A DNA stretch of 62,102 bases, counting the filler, from Dugesia japonica (lineage: Eukaryota): NCBI GenBank assembly GCA_001938525.1. It is 6 parts of 6 records of this genome, joined end to end, with 100 filler letters (N's around TTAATTAATTAA, not from the genome) between each part and the next. Parts side by side here need not be neighbours in the genome. Positions count along the whole stretch, not along the records: positions 43,746 to 53,799 come from MQRL01526844.1; positions 53,900 to 62,102 come from MQRL01308296.1; 4 more parts are not named here. The stretch is one strand, 5' to 3'. Of the stretch, positions 51,335-62,102 are shown one piece after another; position 1 is the first letter of the stretch, and each line of letters starts with the position of its first letter. The position numbers were made by a program, and so were the translations under genes. The notes below the pieces were generated by a model that was given only the letters and a program-made list of their open reading frames with translations, was not told where the DNA came from and did not search any database.

Positions 51335-53662
51335 CATGAAATGAAGTTTGTTACTATCCTCAAGGGGTCAAAAAGTGGGATGATATCGGAAAAGTTACAG
51401 AAAAAGGATACAGATTCTCAAAGAGGGAAAATTTTGCGGATGATAGAAAAGTAGAATTGGTTGCAACAGTTGAAGCAGAACAGAAAACAAATATTTCGTA
51501 CCATAAATTGCAAGGCAGAACAAGTGTTACGGTATCAATTCAAGAAAATTAAGTCGAATGTCTATTAGATACATAGGTTAGAATTAACGTTGAGTTTGAG
51601 ATCTTTTTAATAAATTACGAGAAGTACATTTAGAAATGAGTGATGAAAGATTGCGTTGTGCAAATAATAGTACACTTGAAATTGTTGCGAAAAAGTTAAA
51701 ACCAGAGTGATAATTGATGAAGTTTGCAAAGAGATTACTTTCTTAGTTGCTGAAAGAGTGACACTAGATCTGATAGGATCAATAGATATTCAGAAGANTT
51801 TTGGATATCAGCTTAAGCGAATGGTTGATAGCCAAGCGGATGAAAAAGTTGAAAATTACTTTGGTATATTGAAGCGAAATTTGGGAGACAAATTAAAAAA
51901 GGAGACCGATTAATAAGAGCCTTAAATATTTTGATGATTAAAGAGGATCAACGGTTATTGAAAACAATTGAAAGTAAAGAAGATACCTTAATGGCAGATA
52001 AACGGAATGTAGGACGCATACATCTAACAAGACACAAAATAAGCACAAGTGGTGAACCAATCAATGTAAAACCATATAGGCAACCAATGAACTCAGAATC
52101 TAAAATTGAGGAAGCTATCCAAAACTTTTTCGAGAATAATATTATTTGGAAATGCAACTCTCCTTGGAATACCGCATTGATTTGTGTTTGGAAAAAGGAA
52201 AATAAGGACATAAGAATATGTTTGGATTTCAGACAATTAAATGCAGTAACGAAAATACAAGCCTTTCCTATGCCTAATGTCAATGAAATGCTGGACAAGT
52301 TAGATAGAGCTAAATATTTCAGTTCAAAAGACTTTGGAAATACGTACTATAAAGTAGATCTCGAAGAAGAATCTCAAGAAAAAACGACGTTTTCAACGAA
52401 ACACGAACAATATTGTTTTAATAGAATGTCATTTGGCATCGCATTGGCACCAGGGACATTTTAGGAGATTATGACAAAAGTNGTTGGTGGAATCAATGTC
52501 ATCTTGATGAAATTGTAATATTTACGAACAATAAAGATCAACACTGTGAAGTCATTGAAAACGTATTGATGGAAATAAGGAAGGCTGGTTTAAGAACTAA
52601 TCCAGAAAAGTATCAGTTTCTTCAAAGCAAAATCAAGTTTCTTGTACACATAATTAGCATGGATGGTGTTAGAACTGATCCGTCTAAAATAGAAGCAATA
52701 AGAACTTTTTACAAACCTAACTGCGTGAAAAAGTTATGAAATTCCTTCGGAATTTGTAATTATTACAGGAAGTTTATAGAAAACTACGCAAAAAAGTCAA
52801 AGATATTAGAGAAGTTGTGTAGCGGACCAAGCAACACGAAATTAGAATGGACAGATGAAATAAACGATACTTTTTAGGATCTGAAATAATCTCTAATGAC
52901 TGCACCAATATTGTGTTTTTCAGGCATAAACAAAGACTTTATATTAGATACAGATGCCAGTTTCGATACAATTNGACCAGTATTGTCACAGAGAGATTAA
53001 GAAGAAAGAGAAAGAGTTGTTGCTTATAGATCACACTCAATAACAAGTTATGAAAAGGGATACTGCATTACACGAAAGTAGTTATTAGCTGCTTATTATT
53101 TTTGTATGCATTTCAAACATTACTTGTACGGTAGAAGATTTACTCTTAAAAGCTCTAACTTTCATGATGACGACGAAGAAACCAATCACATTACAATTCT
53201 AAACATGGATTAATTATCTGAGCAGTTTAGACATGATTTTGGAATATAGAAAAGGAATTCANNNNNNNNNNNNNNNNNNNNNNNNNNNNNNNNNNNNNNN
53301 NNNNNNNNNNNAGTTATGAAAAGGGATACTGCATTACACGAAAGTAGTTATTAGCTGCTTATTATTTTTGTATGTATTTCAAACATTACTTGTACGGAAG
53401 TAGATTTACTCTTAAAAGCTCTAACTTTCATGATGACGACGAAGAAACCAATTACATTACAATTCTAAACATGGATTAATTATCTGAGCAGTTTAGACAT
53501 GATTTTGGAATATAGAAAANGAATTCAACGTGGTAATGAAGATATACTATCTAGANCAAGATGTAAGGTATGTGTACAATGTCAAATGCCACATGAAGAT
53601 GCCAAGAAAGGGATAATTAAAACAAGAATACTGGACATAATTGAAAAGGAAAAAAGTAGATA
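51335..53662 (+). mobile_element. Ty3/Gypsy pol remnant (protease, RT, RNase H), truncated before integrase
   Basis: ECLLDT (protease), PINVKPYR, SPWN, RICLDFRQLN, YFSSKDF, RMSFG.ALAPGTF, FILDTDAS and YCITRK, with many stops and frameshifts. Confidence 0.93.
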
Positions 53663-53674
53663 AATAGAAGCGCA

Positions 53675-53790
53675 TGTAACCACCTGTGTGCGAACCCCCC
53701 CTCCCGCCCCCTTTACGTAATTAGGGCGATTATCGGTAATTTGATATCTTAATCTGTGATGTAATTGCATCATCGGTAATTTAATCCATC
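53675..53790. mobile_element. PIF/Harbinger-like MITE end; related motif at 18690-18725
   Basis: CCCCCCTCCCGCCCCCTTTACGTAAT versus ATTACGTAGGGGGGAGGGGG. Confidence 0.35.
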
Positions 53791-54329
53791 AATTAAATTN
53801 NNNNNNNNNNNNNNNNNNNNNNNNNNNNNNNNNNNNNNNNNNNTTAATTAATTAANNNNNNNNNNNNNNNNNNNNNNNNNNNNNNNNNNNNNNNNNNNNC
53901 AAAGACTCCCCTCTTTGAGCTTTTTTAATATATTTTATCGTGAAAATATATCAAAGACTCCCTTCTTTAGTTATTTTTCATATATTTTATTAAGAGGAAT
54001 TTTGTTTCTCTTTATCATAGCGAACGCAAAGCTTGGAATGAAGTAGCAATGAAAAACAGTGAGATGGTTTTCGATTTTTTTGTCGGTTTGGTTGTCACTG
54101 AACCAGAAAGTGTTTTTGTCAAGTGGCTTGTCTACAATCAGCTGGCACATAGATTGAGAACTGATAAACACAAGGCCAGACTGTGATTCTGATTCAGGAG
54201 CGTTTTTTGAAGAATCGTCTTTGAGAGATTAAAATTTTTTATGGAATTTTTGTTATGGAGATTTTTTACTTTAGATTCTCTAGCCTTCACAATTCTAGAT
54301 ACAACAGTGCTAGAGTTCAGATTAGATTC

Positions 54330-54660
54330 TGGATACCTTTAACACCTGTTTTATCAATGATAAAAACAGCGCAATACAAAGTTGCTAAAGTACTTGACAA
54401 AATGCTTAAACCATTAATATGTAATGATAGAGAATGTTAGATAAATTTTTAATGTGTAAATTCCTTAAAAAATAAACAACTTACCTCAGATAAGGAAATT
54501 ATGGTTTCATTTGATATAGTTAGTCTGTTCACATACTTTCCTATAAATGAGACTATCAATATTTGTGTTGATCTCTGGGTAAATCATTACGCAAATTTAA
54601 ACTATACATTTTATGAAACAGCTCTGAATGAACTGTTGATTTTTGCGATAACTTATATTG
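54330..54660 (+). mobile_element. Penelope-like element reverse transcriptase fragment
   Basis: IPLTPVLSMIKTAQYKVAKVLDKMLKPL and MVSFDIVSLFTYFPINETINI are characteristic PLE RT motifs. Confidence 0.8.
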
Positions 54661-54722
54661 GACATAGATTTGTCAAAAACATGTCTTACAAATAAATGTT
54701 TTAAAAAATTGCAATTTTTCAT

Positions 54723-54753
<31 letters not shown>

Positions 54754-54927
54754 ATTTAATACGATCTAATTAAATTTGTCTTTTAAAATAGTTGCAATTA
54801 ATGAATATTTTTTTCTAGAGTGCATTTTAAAAATCAATTCATATGAATAATATTTAATACACATACCATCTGGTATTGTTTTTAAATTATTCAATTTATA
54901 GTTATCATTTATTCAATACAAAACATC

Positions 54928-55962
54928 ATGAATTCTAATAAAGATTATGAATGTGTAAATGCCACTTTCAGAGGTCTACAAGAATTGATCAAATCTAGCG
55001 GAACGTATTTATTTCCTGGTAATTTATCAATATTAAAAATAATTTATATTTTGATCAAGAAAATTTGAAAATTCATATTGAAAATTTGAGCGAACAATTT
55101 GAATTTAAGAAAGAATTGCAAATAACATTTTGTATAATTTGTGACAAGTTTGTTTTACTTTTGATATTGAGAAATATTTCTATAATTTAATGAATTTATT
55201 TTTTCCCTTTCAGTCTTGACAACAAATCCACATTAATTGATGCTCTATTGAAAGAAAAGATAAGTGATAGTCTGAGATCAAATCATCGATATTTGCTCAA
55301 ATCAATTCAAGTTTGTTTTGTAATATATTTTCCGACATTCTCATTTCAATTTGATTATAGAAAACGATTATTGGTGATGAAAATCAAGTTTGATAAATTC
55401 TTATAAAAATATATTAATTTAAACAAAATACAGAAATTATGTTCAATTACTGTTGAAAAAGAAAGATTGAAACTGTTGAATAATTCAAATATTGTGTTAT
55501 CATTTGAGAAATATTCTCAATTTCTGGAAGAGATTCAAATGACAAATGCTTACAAACCAGATGTTGTTGTTTTGGTTATTAATTCACCGAAAGATCTTGA
55601 AAAAGATGATGTAAATAATCTTATGCAGCGTTTTATTATAATTGACAAAATGTTCTTTAGATTCAATCATTTCTCAATTCAATTGAAGATCAATTCAATG
55701 ATGGAAACTTTATATTTGTCCTGAATGAAGGTCACGAAGGGGATTGTACTGCAACAAATATTTGTGTATGATCTAAATAATTAGATCAATTTAGATCATT
55801 TATATTCAGGATGTGTGTTACCCATCAAATATTCGATATTTGTTTAGCCAGCATAAATTAGAAAATCGTCAATTTAAAATCTCTGCATCTCGATCTTTCA
55901 ATGCCGAATATCAAGGTAGCTGTTACAGGATTTCATATATTGAATCATTATTGATATTATAG
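54928..55962 (+). CDS. Spliced host gene (about 245 aa): dynamin-like/TRAFAC GTPase fold with degenerate G motifs
   Basis: Exons 54928-55018, 55060-55147, 55214-55310, 55361-55387, 55434-55610, 55661-55765 and 55810-55962, with GT-AG introns of 41-66 bp, splice into one frame. Motifs: ITFCIICDNLDNKSTLIDALLKEKI, DVVVLVINS, FIFVLNEG and FKISA. Confidence 0.72.
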
Positions 55963-56149
55963 CTTTTACCTTAAATGTTTGGCCTTACCTTCATAAAAGC
56001 AACATACACGTTAGATAAGCAATTTTAATTTTTATAAAGTTAAGTTAACAAAACAATAAAGAATAACAATGAAAGTAGATGAATATTAGCATAAGGGGCT
56101 ACCCACCGAGGTAGAAATCTTTTTGCAACTTCAGTTTATTATAATTGGC

Positions 56150-58140
56150 AACACTCATGCTTCCTTCATCATGAAAGGTAGAGCTTTGTGATATGTTCTA
56201 AGAGTAAATCTTCTGCAGTACAAGTAATGTTTGCAATGCATACAGAAATAATACACAGCCAATAACGTTTTTCGTATTATGCAGTATCTTTTTTCATGAA
56301 AAGGTTTTGGATAGCTTCTTCAACTTTAGATTCTAAGTTTATTGGTTGTCTATACGGTTTTACATTGATTAGTTCACCACCTGTGTATATTTTGTGTCAG
56401 ATGTGTGCATCCTACATCCCATTTATCCGTCATAAAATCTTTTTTTTTACTTTCAATTATTTTCAATAACCGTTGATCCTCTTTAATCTTCAAAATATTT
56501 TAGGCTCTTGGCAATCGCTCTGCATTTTTTAATTTGTCTTCCGATTTTCGCTACAATATTGCAAATGAAATTTTTGACTTTTCCTCCGTTTTGGGATCGA
56601 CTTTTGCATAAGCTAGTATCCAAATATCTTCTGCATATCTATCAGATCTGGTGTTACTATTTCAGCAACTAAGAAAGTAATCTTTTCGCAAACGTTATCA
56701 ATTATCACTTCGGTTCTAACTTTCCCAACAATTTCAAGTGTACTATTATTTGCACAACGCAATCTTTCATCACTCATTTCTAAATTTAATTCTCGTAATT
56801 TATTAAAACAACTCAAACTCACGTTAATTCGAGCCCCTGTACCTAATAGACATTCTACTTTATTTCCTTGAATTGATACTGTAACACTTAATCTGCCTTG
56901 CAATATATGGAACAAAATATTTGTTTTCTTTTCTGCTTCAATTGTTCCAACCTATTCTATTTTCCTCTCATCCTCTTTTGAAACTGCTTCTATATCATCC
57001 CACTTTTCGAACCCTTGAGGATAATTACTAACGTAATTTTACAAAAAATGGCTTCAACTAACTTCTCTTCTGGTGGAGCTTTGCCTTTTGGGTACTGCCT
57101 TTCAAAATCACTTTCATATACTTCCTCATATCAATTGTTTGTACTGACATCTTCATTTTCAATTGCATGCACTCGATTATTTCGGTTTCTTGATCTTTCT
57201 GCAGTCACAAACTTCTCACTTGTTCTTTTCATTTTCAAATTTGTGTAACACTCTTCTGCTCTATGTCCACCATTACCACATCGTTTACACCTCAGTTATT
57301 GACATAACCTTCATATATGGCTAACGTTTCTACAACCAAAACACTATGTTGGTTTTTTGTTAGGAAAATCTCGTTGGACAACTCTAGCACTCTAAGACTT
57401 TTTTTGTCGGACAATTTGCTTTAGTATGACCGATCTTATGACATAACCAACATTCAATATTTTATTTTTCCTTTCTTTGCTCCACATGTCTATTCACTGT
57501 ATGATTTACCGGTTTTTGATAATTTTTATTTGTAGATCTCGCGTAACTTCTACCTAAATCAACTCGATCTTTGTTTTTCTCTACTCGATCTACTAACGTC
57601 ATTGTTTTTTCAATTTCTTCTATATTCTCTCGTTTCCGCAAAAGTCACCTCTTCCTCAACTTTGTTGTTATCTGAACTATATAATAGCATCTTTGCTACA
57701 ATTTTTCCTTCAGTAAAATCTTTATTTGTAAATAATCTTTTTACTTAATCTTATACATTTTTAAAATAAACTTGAATCTCTTCATTTTCATGCCTGTAGT
57801 TAATCAAAATTTTAAAATCTTTGATAATATCTTTCTTTTTCTCAAATGCCATACATAAGCGAGCTTAAAACCCTTCAACATTTTTTCAACGTCTTTCCAT
57901 ATTTTTCCAACAAATCTTCATCTAACAAACATGAGACTAATCTCTCCTGTTGTTTCACATGGGTGATGTTTTTGGCTTCAAAATGCAATTCACACAGTTT
58001 GATAAATTTCTCAATATTATCTCCTCTGCAGAATATCTTTGGTGATAGCCTCTCAGTAATAGAATTGGTATTTACCGCTGCCACCATGTTAGATATAATT
58101 TCAATTGGTAATTCATTTTGCAAATCACTACTTATATTTT
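56150..58140 (-). mobile_element. Ty3/Gypsy gag-pro remnant with internal RT deletion, same family as 51335-53662
   Basis: Gag (PKIFCRGDNIEKF, CCHC relics) and protease ECLLGTGARIN. The RT start (NVKPYRQP...EAIQNL) is fused at about 56300 directly to RNase H (HEKRYCIIRK). Confidence 0.88.
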
Positions 58141-59479
58141 AAGACATCATTTACTTTACTACTTCAAACCATGTTTCATAATATAAATAATATTGAAATA
58201 CAAGCATTTCAATATTAATATTTATATAACTCAATTTCTATTGTGTGAAATAAATAATTAATAATTTTTTCCAAATGAGAATATAATTTTATTTTTCTCA
58301 AAACATATTTGGTTCACAGATATAATAATAATTAATAATAATTTGAATAATAATTACTAATAATAATAACACAGATAAAATGTTTTAACACATAACCACT
58401 CGGAAAAATATGTTTAACACAACACAGTTAAATATATTTATGATGTTTTAAATATACATCTATTGAGTTATAAATCAAAAATTAAAATTATAATAATAAG
58501 AAATAATGTTTAATAATTAATTAATTAAAACTTTGAAATTATTTTAAATAATTTCTATTTGTAATCGTAAAGCTATTTTATTGATAAAATTAGCATTATA
58601 AAAATTTTAAACATTGAGATAACTCAATTTGCATTAAAATAATTCTAAAATAATACATATAATTTAAATTACAAGATTTTTTTAAAATCATATGGTATCT
58701 TTCGTTAAGCGAAATTAGTCTGAATTCTATGAACAGTCTAAAATTAAATACAATAATTTAAGTAAATTGACTGATTTAATCGAGTACTGTGATAAAATAC
58801 TACTAGTCATATTCACTAATTTACTCTATTCATTGATTTACCGAAACACATAAGCTTACTCTATCCATTGGTTTACTCGTAAGTTTTACTGTATCACATC
58901 GCTTTTCTGTACGTATTTTCTAACTCTATCCATTGATTTTAATGTATCCAATGTATCCAATAATGTATACATTAATTTTAATGTATAACATGAGATTACT
59001 GTACATATTTACTTATGTATTTCACATTAGTCTCTTTTAAAAATGTACATGGGCTTTATTATGTAACAGTTTTTGTGAATCTAATTTGTCTACTCTACCC
59101 ATCAGTTTCACATCAGTATCACATCGGTTTTCTGTACTCATTTGCTTACTGATTTTACTTAGAGAAATTAAAAAAATTAATGGAAATTTAATAAGTCTTA
59201 ATAAATTTGGTTTAAATTATTACATTGGTTTCAAAGATTTTACTGTAACTATTGGTCTACTGTTTAAATACAACTAAAAAAACTCTTCAAAACACAGACA
59301 ATACAGTACACCTAATAAATACCATAAGTCTATTAATCCTATTATATTCGATGAAACCTATTGAAATTAATAAACATTTAATCAACTTTACTGAAAGTTA
59401 TAGAAATTTAATAAATCTTTATAACATAAGTCTATATTCTTATATTACGAGTCTATACATTTTAATGGAATTGCTGTTA

Positions 59480-61182
59480 AACCATTTCTGTAACATCTTT
59501 GGGGAATATGTTTTCAAAGATTAATTTTTGAGCACTACACAAGTCATAAAGTATAGATTTAGAACATATTTCAAACTAAAATCAGGTGACCAGAATAAAC
59601 ATTTTGCTCCTCATATTGTATGCAGAAAATGTTCTTCAAACTTTACCATGTTTGAAGCAGGTAAGATAAATAACTTACCGCTTAGTACGCCGATTGCTTA
59701 GAGGGAGCAAAAAAATAATTATGACGATTGCTAGTTTTGCCAAAACAGAGTATTAAGTTTTAACAAGAGGTCAGCAAAGCATATTAAATATCCAGATTTG
59801 CTATCAGCAATAAGACCAACACCATATAATAAGGATGATGATTCAATGGCTCCTTATCCAAACAGTGATATATCTGACGTGGCTAGTGATTCTTTAACGC
59901 ATGATGATAACAATGAGAAATGGGAAAATGATAACTGCAATCAAATCAGATAGCATTAATTGGATTCATTTGTTAGTGGACTAGGGTAATCAAAGAAATA
60001 TGCTTTTAAAGCTGGTTCAATGCTAAAGAGATTCGGTGTTTTTGCCCTCGAAACCTGATTTTACTGGTATAAAAGAAAAGATAAGCGGTATGTTGGGATT
60101 TTTCAAAAAGGTGAGCTGGCTTTGTGTACTGTAGCAATATTGCCAGTTTGCTGAATAAGCTTAACATAATATATAAAGTCATCACGGACTGGTGGCTATT
60201 TATTTATTACAGCACGACTATTGTAAAGGCTGTTCTCCTTCATAAGGGAAACGAATTTCCTTCCATTCCGATTGTGTGTTTTAGTTAAGCCGAAGAAACA
60301 TATGACATCATGAACTATCTTATAGATATGTTGCATTTGGATGACTATAGGTTCAAAGACTGGCGGAGATCTAAAGTTAATAGGCATCCTGAAAGTATTA
60401 CAAGGTGGATACAACGAATACTGCTGCTTTCTATGCTTATGGTATGGTAGAACTCGGGATCAACATTATAAAATTAATGAATGACCAAGCCTGGCAAGAC
60501 AATATCAAGCATTAAGCCATTGTCGATGTACAGAACATTATATTGCTTGCTCTTCATATTAAGTTACGCCTTTTCAAGAACTTCATTAAACCTTTACAGT
60601 CTAAAAACCAACCAATAACTTCAAAAAATATTTCCCAAAGTTATCATAGGCAAAAATTAAAGAAGGGATTTTAGTTGGACCTTAAGTGCGGAAATTCATG
60701 AGAAATAAGTATTTCAAAGAGGGCCTAAGTCAAATTTAAAAAATTGGTATTAATATGTCACTAAATATACACTTTTTGAAGTGCCACCTCAGCTTTTGCC
60801 CCTAAGGATTTTGTGAAAATTAGTGACCAGCATGGTGAAAGATTTCAATAGACGAAAAGTACCGTCAAAAAGCAATACCAAGGCCATGCTAATGAACGCA
60901 TGAAAGGGGACTTTTGCTGACTGGTAAAGGTTTGATAATACTTCAAATAAAAAGTAATATGACTTTGTTTTGGTATCGTAGCTACATGTCAGCCTTAATT
61001 TAAATGGCAGCGTAAGTGCATTTTTATGTAAATTTCCTGTTTTTTAAAAAGTCCATTATTTCCAAAATGAGACGTGATATAGAAAAAATGAGATTATATT
61101 TGGAATTAGCTCAAACGAAATATATATGGTAGATACCTTTAATCTCTGGAAAATTTTTGAAGTTTAAAAACACCAAGCAGTA
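59480..61182 (+). mobile_element. Chapaev3-like (CMC) DNA transposon with a decayed transposase (about 59480-60935)
   Basis: FCNIFGEY, GDQNKHFAPHIVCRKC, *REQKNNYDDC*FC, GDLKLIGIL..LQGGYNEYCCFLCLW, LHIKL and SDQHGERF. Subterminal TTTGGAATTAGC. The superfamily assignment is from memory of these motifs. Confidence 0.78.
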
Positions 61183-61184
61183 TA

Positions 61185-61765
61185 ATTGGAAATTAATTAT
61201 AGAAGTTGAATATATAATTATATTCAATTATATATAATTATATAATTATATAAGTTGAATAATTATATAAGTTGAATAATTTATTTTAACAATTTGATTC
61301 GATCAGGTAATATGTGTTAGTATTCATTAACTTTACTATATTAGATTGGTTTTACTGTCACACATTAGTTTACTGTACGATATAGGTTTACTGTATAACA
61401 TTTGGATATTCATTTTATAGATACAATGCATTTCATCATACAACTAATGATACAGTTAATCAATTTACAGAATTATTTATTAAGTGGTATAACAATTTTG
61501 TCAAGACTACTGCACTAATTAGCCAATGAGTACAGTGTGATAGAGTAAGCAAATGAGTATAATAAACCAATTTAATAAAGTAAACCAATATGGTACAGTA
61601 AACTAATGTGTAACAGTAAAACCGATGGTCACAGTAAAGCCCAAAGGTTAAACCAATGTAATATAGTAAAGTTAATGACTATCACTCATAGTACCTGATA
61701 TAATCGAATTGTTAAAATAAATTATTTAACTTATTACTAACTTATCTAATTAATTTACAATTATC
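61185..61765. repeat. Foldback inverted repeat, arms about 61185-61395 and 61578-61765; related sequence at 58850-59160
   Basis: AATAATTTATTTTAACAATT versus AATTGTTAAAATAAATTATT. CATTAACTTTACTATATT versus AATATAGTAAAGTTAATG. CACATTAGTTTACTGTAC versus GTACAGTAAACTAATGTG. Confidence 0.8.
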
Positions 61766-62102
61766 AGTTTCTTAAGTCCAATGATTCATGCATTAATTTC
61801 ATTGCGTGATCTGCAAATTGTAACTACCTATACATAAATTACCACAACCGTTCGCATAAATTGTATACACATATTAGTAAATTATCACTAACCATGTGTA
61901 TTTTGTAACTATAATTGTACAAATTACAACCAACAATGAATAAATTTTATACATCAATAAGAAACCTTTCACTACATATGTGTAAAATATAGTAAACTAT
62001 GTACAAATCCTTGAAAGCTATGAGTAAATTGTTACCGAGTATATGTAAATTACAACTATATTCGTATCAATTGAGACATTAGTTTGACATTTTTACTTCT
62101 AA

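Overview
Very AT-rich eukaryotic genomic DNA with short (about 40-65 bp) GT-AG introns. This is consistent with a planarian flatworm draft assembly, but the organism is my inference. The window is not one contiguous locus: five 44N-TTAATTAATTAA-44N spacers split it into segments of about 10-13 kb, and several gap-flanking duplications look like assembly artefacts. Most of the content is decayed mobile DNA: Ty3/Gypsy remnants, Chapaev3, mariner, Merlin, Penelope, hAT/piggyBac/Tigger-type MITEs and many minisatellites. A few spliced host genes are present: a surface protein built from phase-1 exons, a P-loop-degenerate dynamin-like pseudo-GTPase and an NLS-bearing gene behind a dense ETS-motif cluster. 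The most interesting signal is a ~0.5-1.3 kb repeat module that recurs at least six times. In several copies it directly abuts virus-type cargo: two Polinton/Maverick-type protein-primed PolB C-terminal remnants, a compact intronless TATA-binding-protein (TBP)-like pseudogene that the ORF track misses, GC-richer coiled-coil ORF remnants and tandem tRNA-like Pol III cassettes. My hypothesis is a degraded Polinton-like or endogenous DNA-virus family carrying its own TBP. All calls come from reading the sequence by eye; no searches were run.
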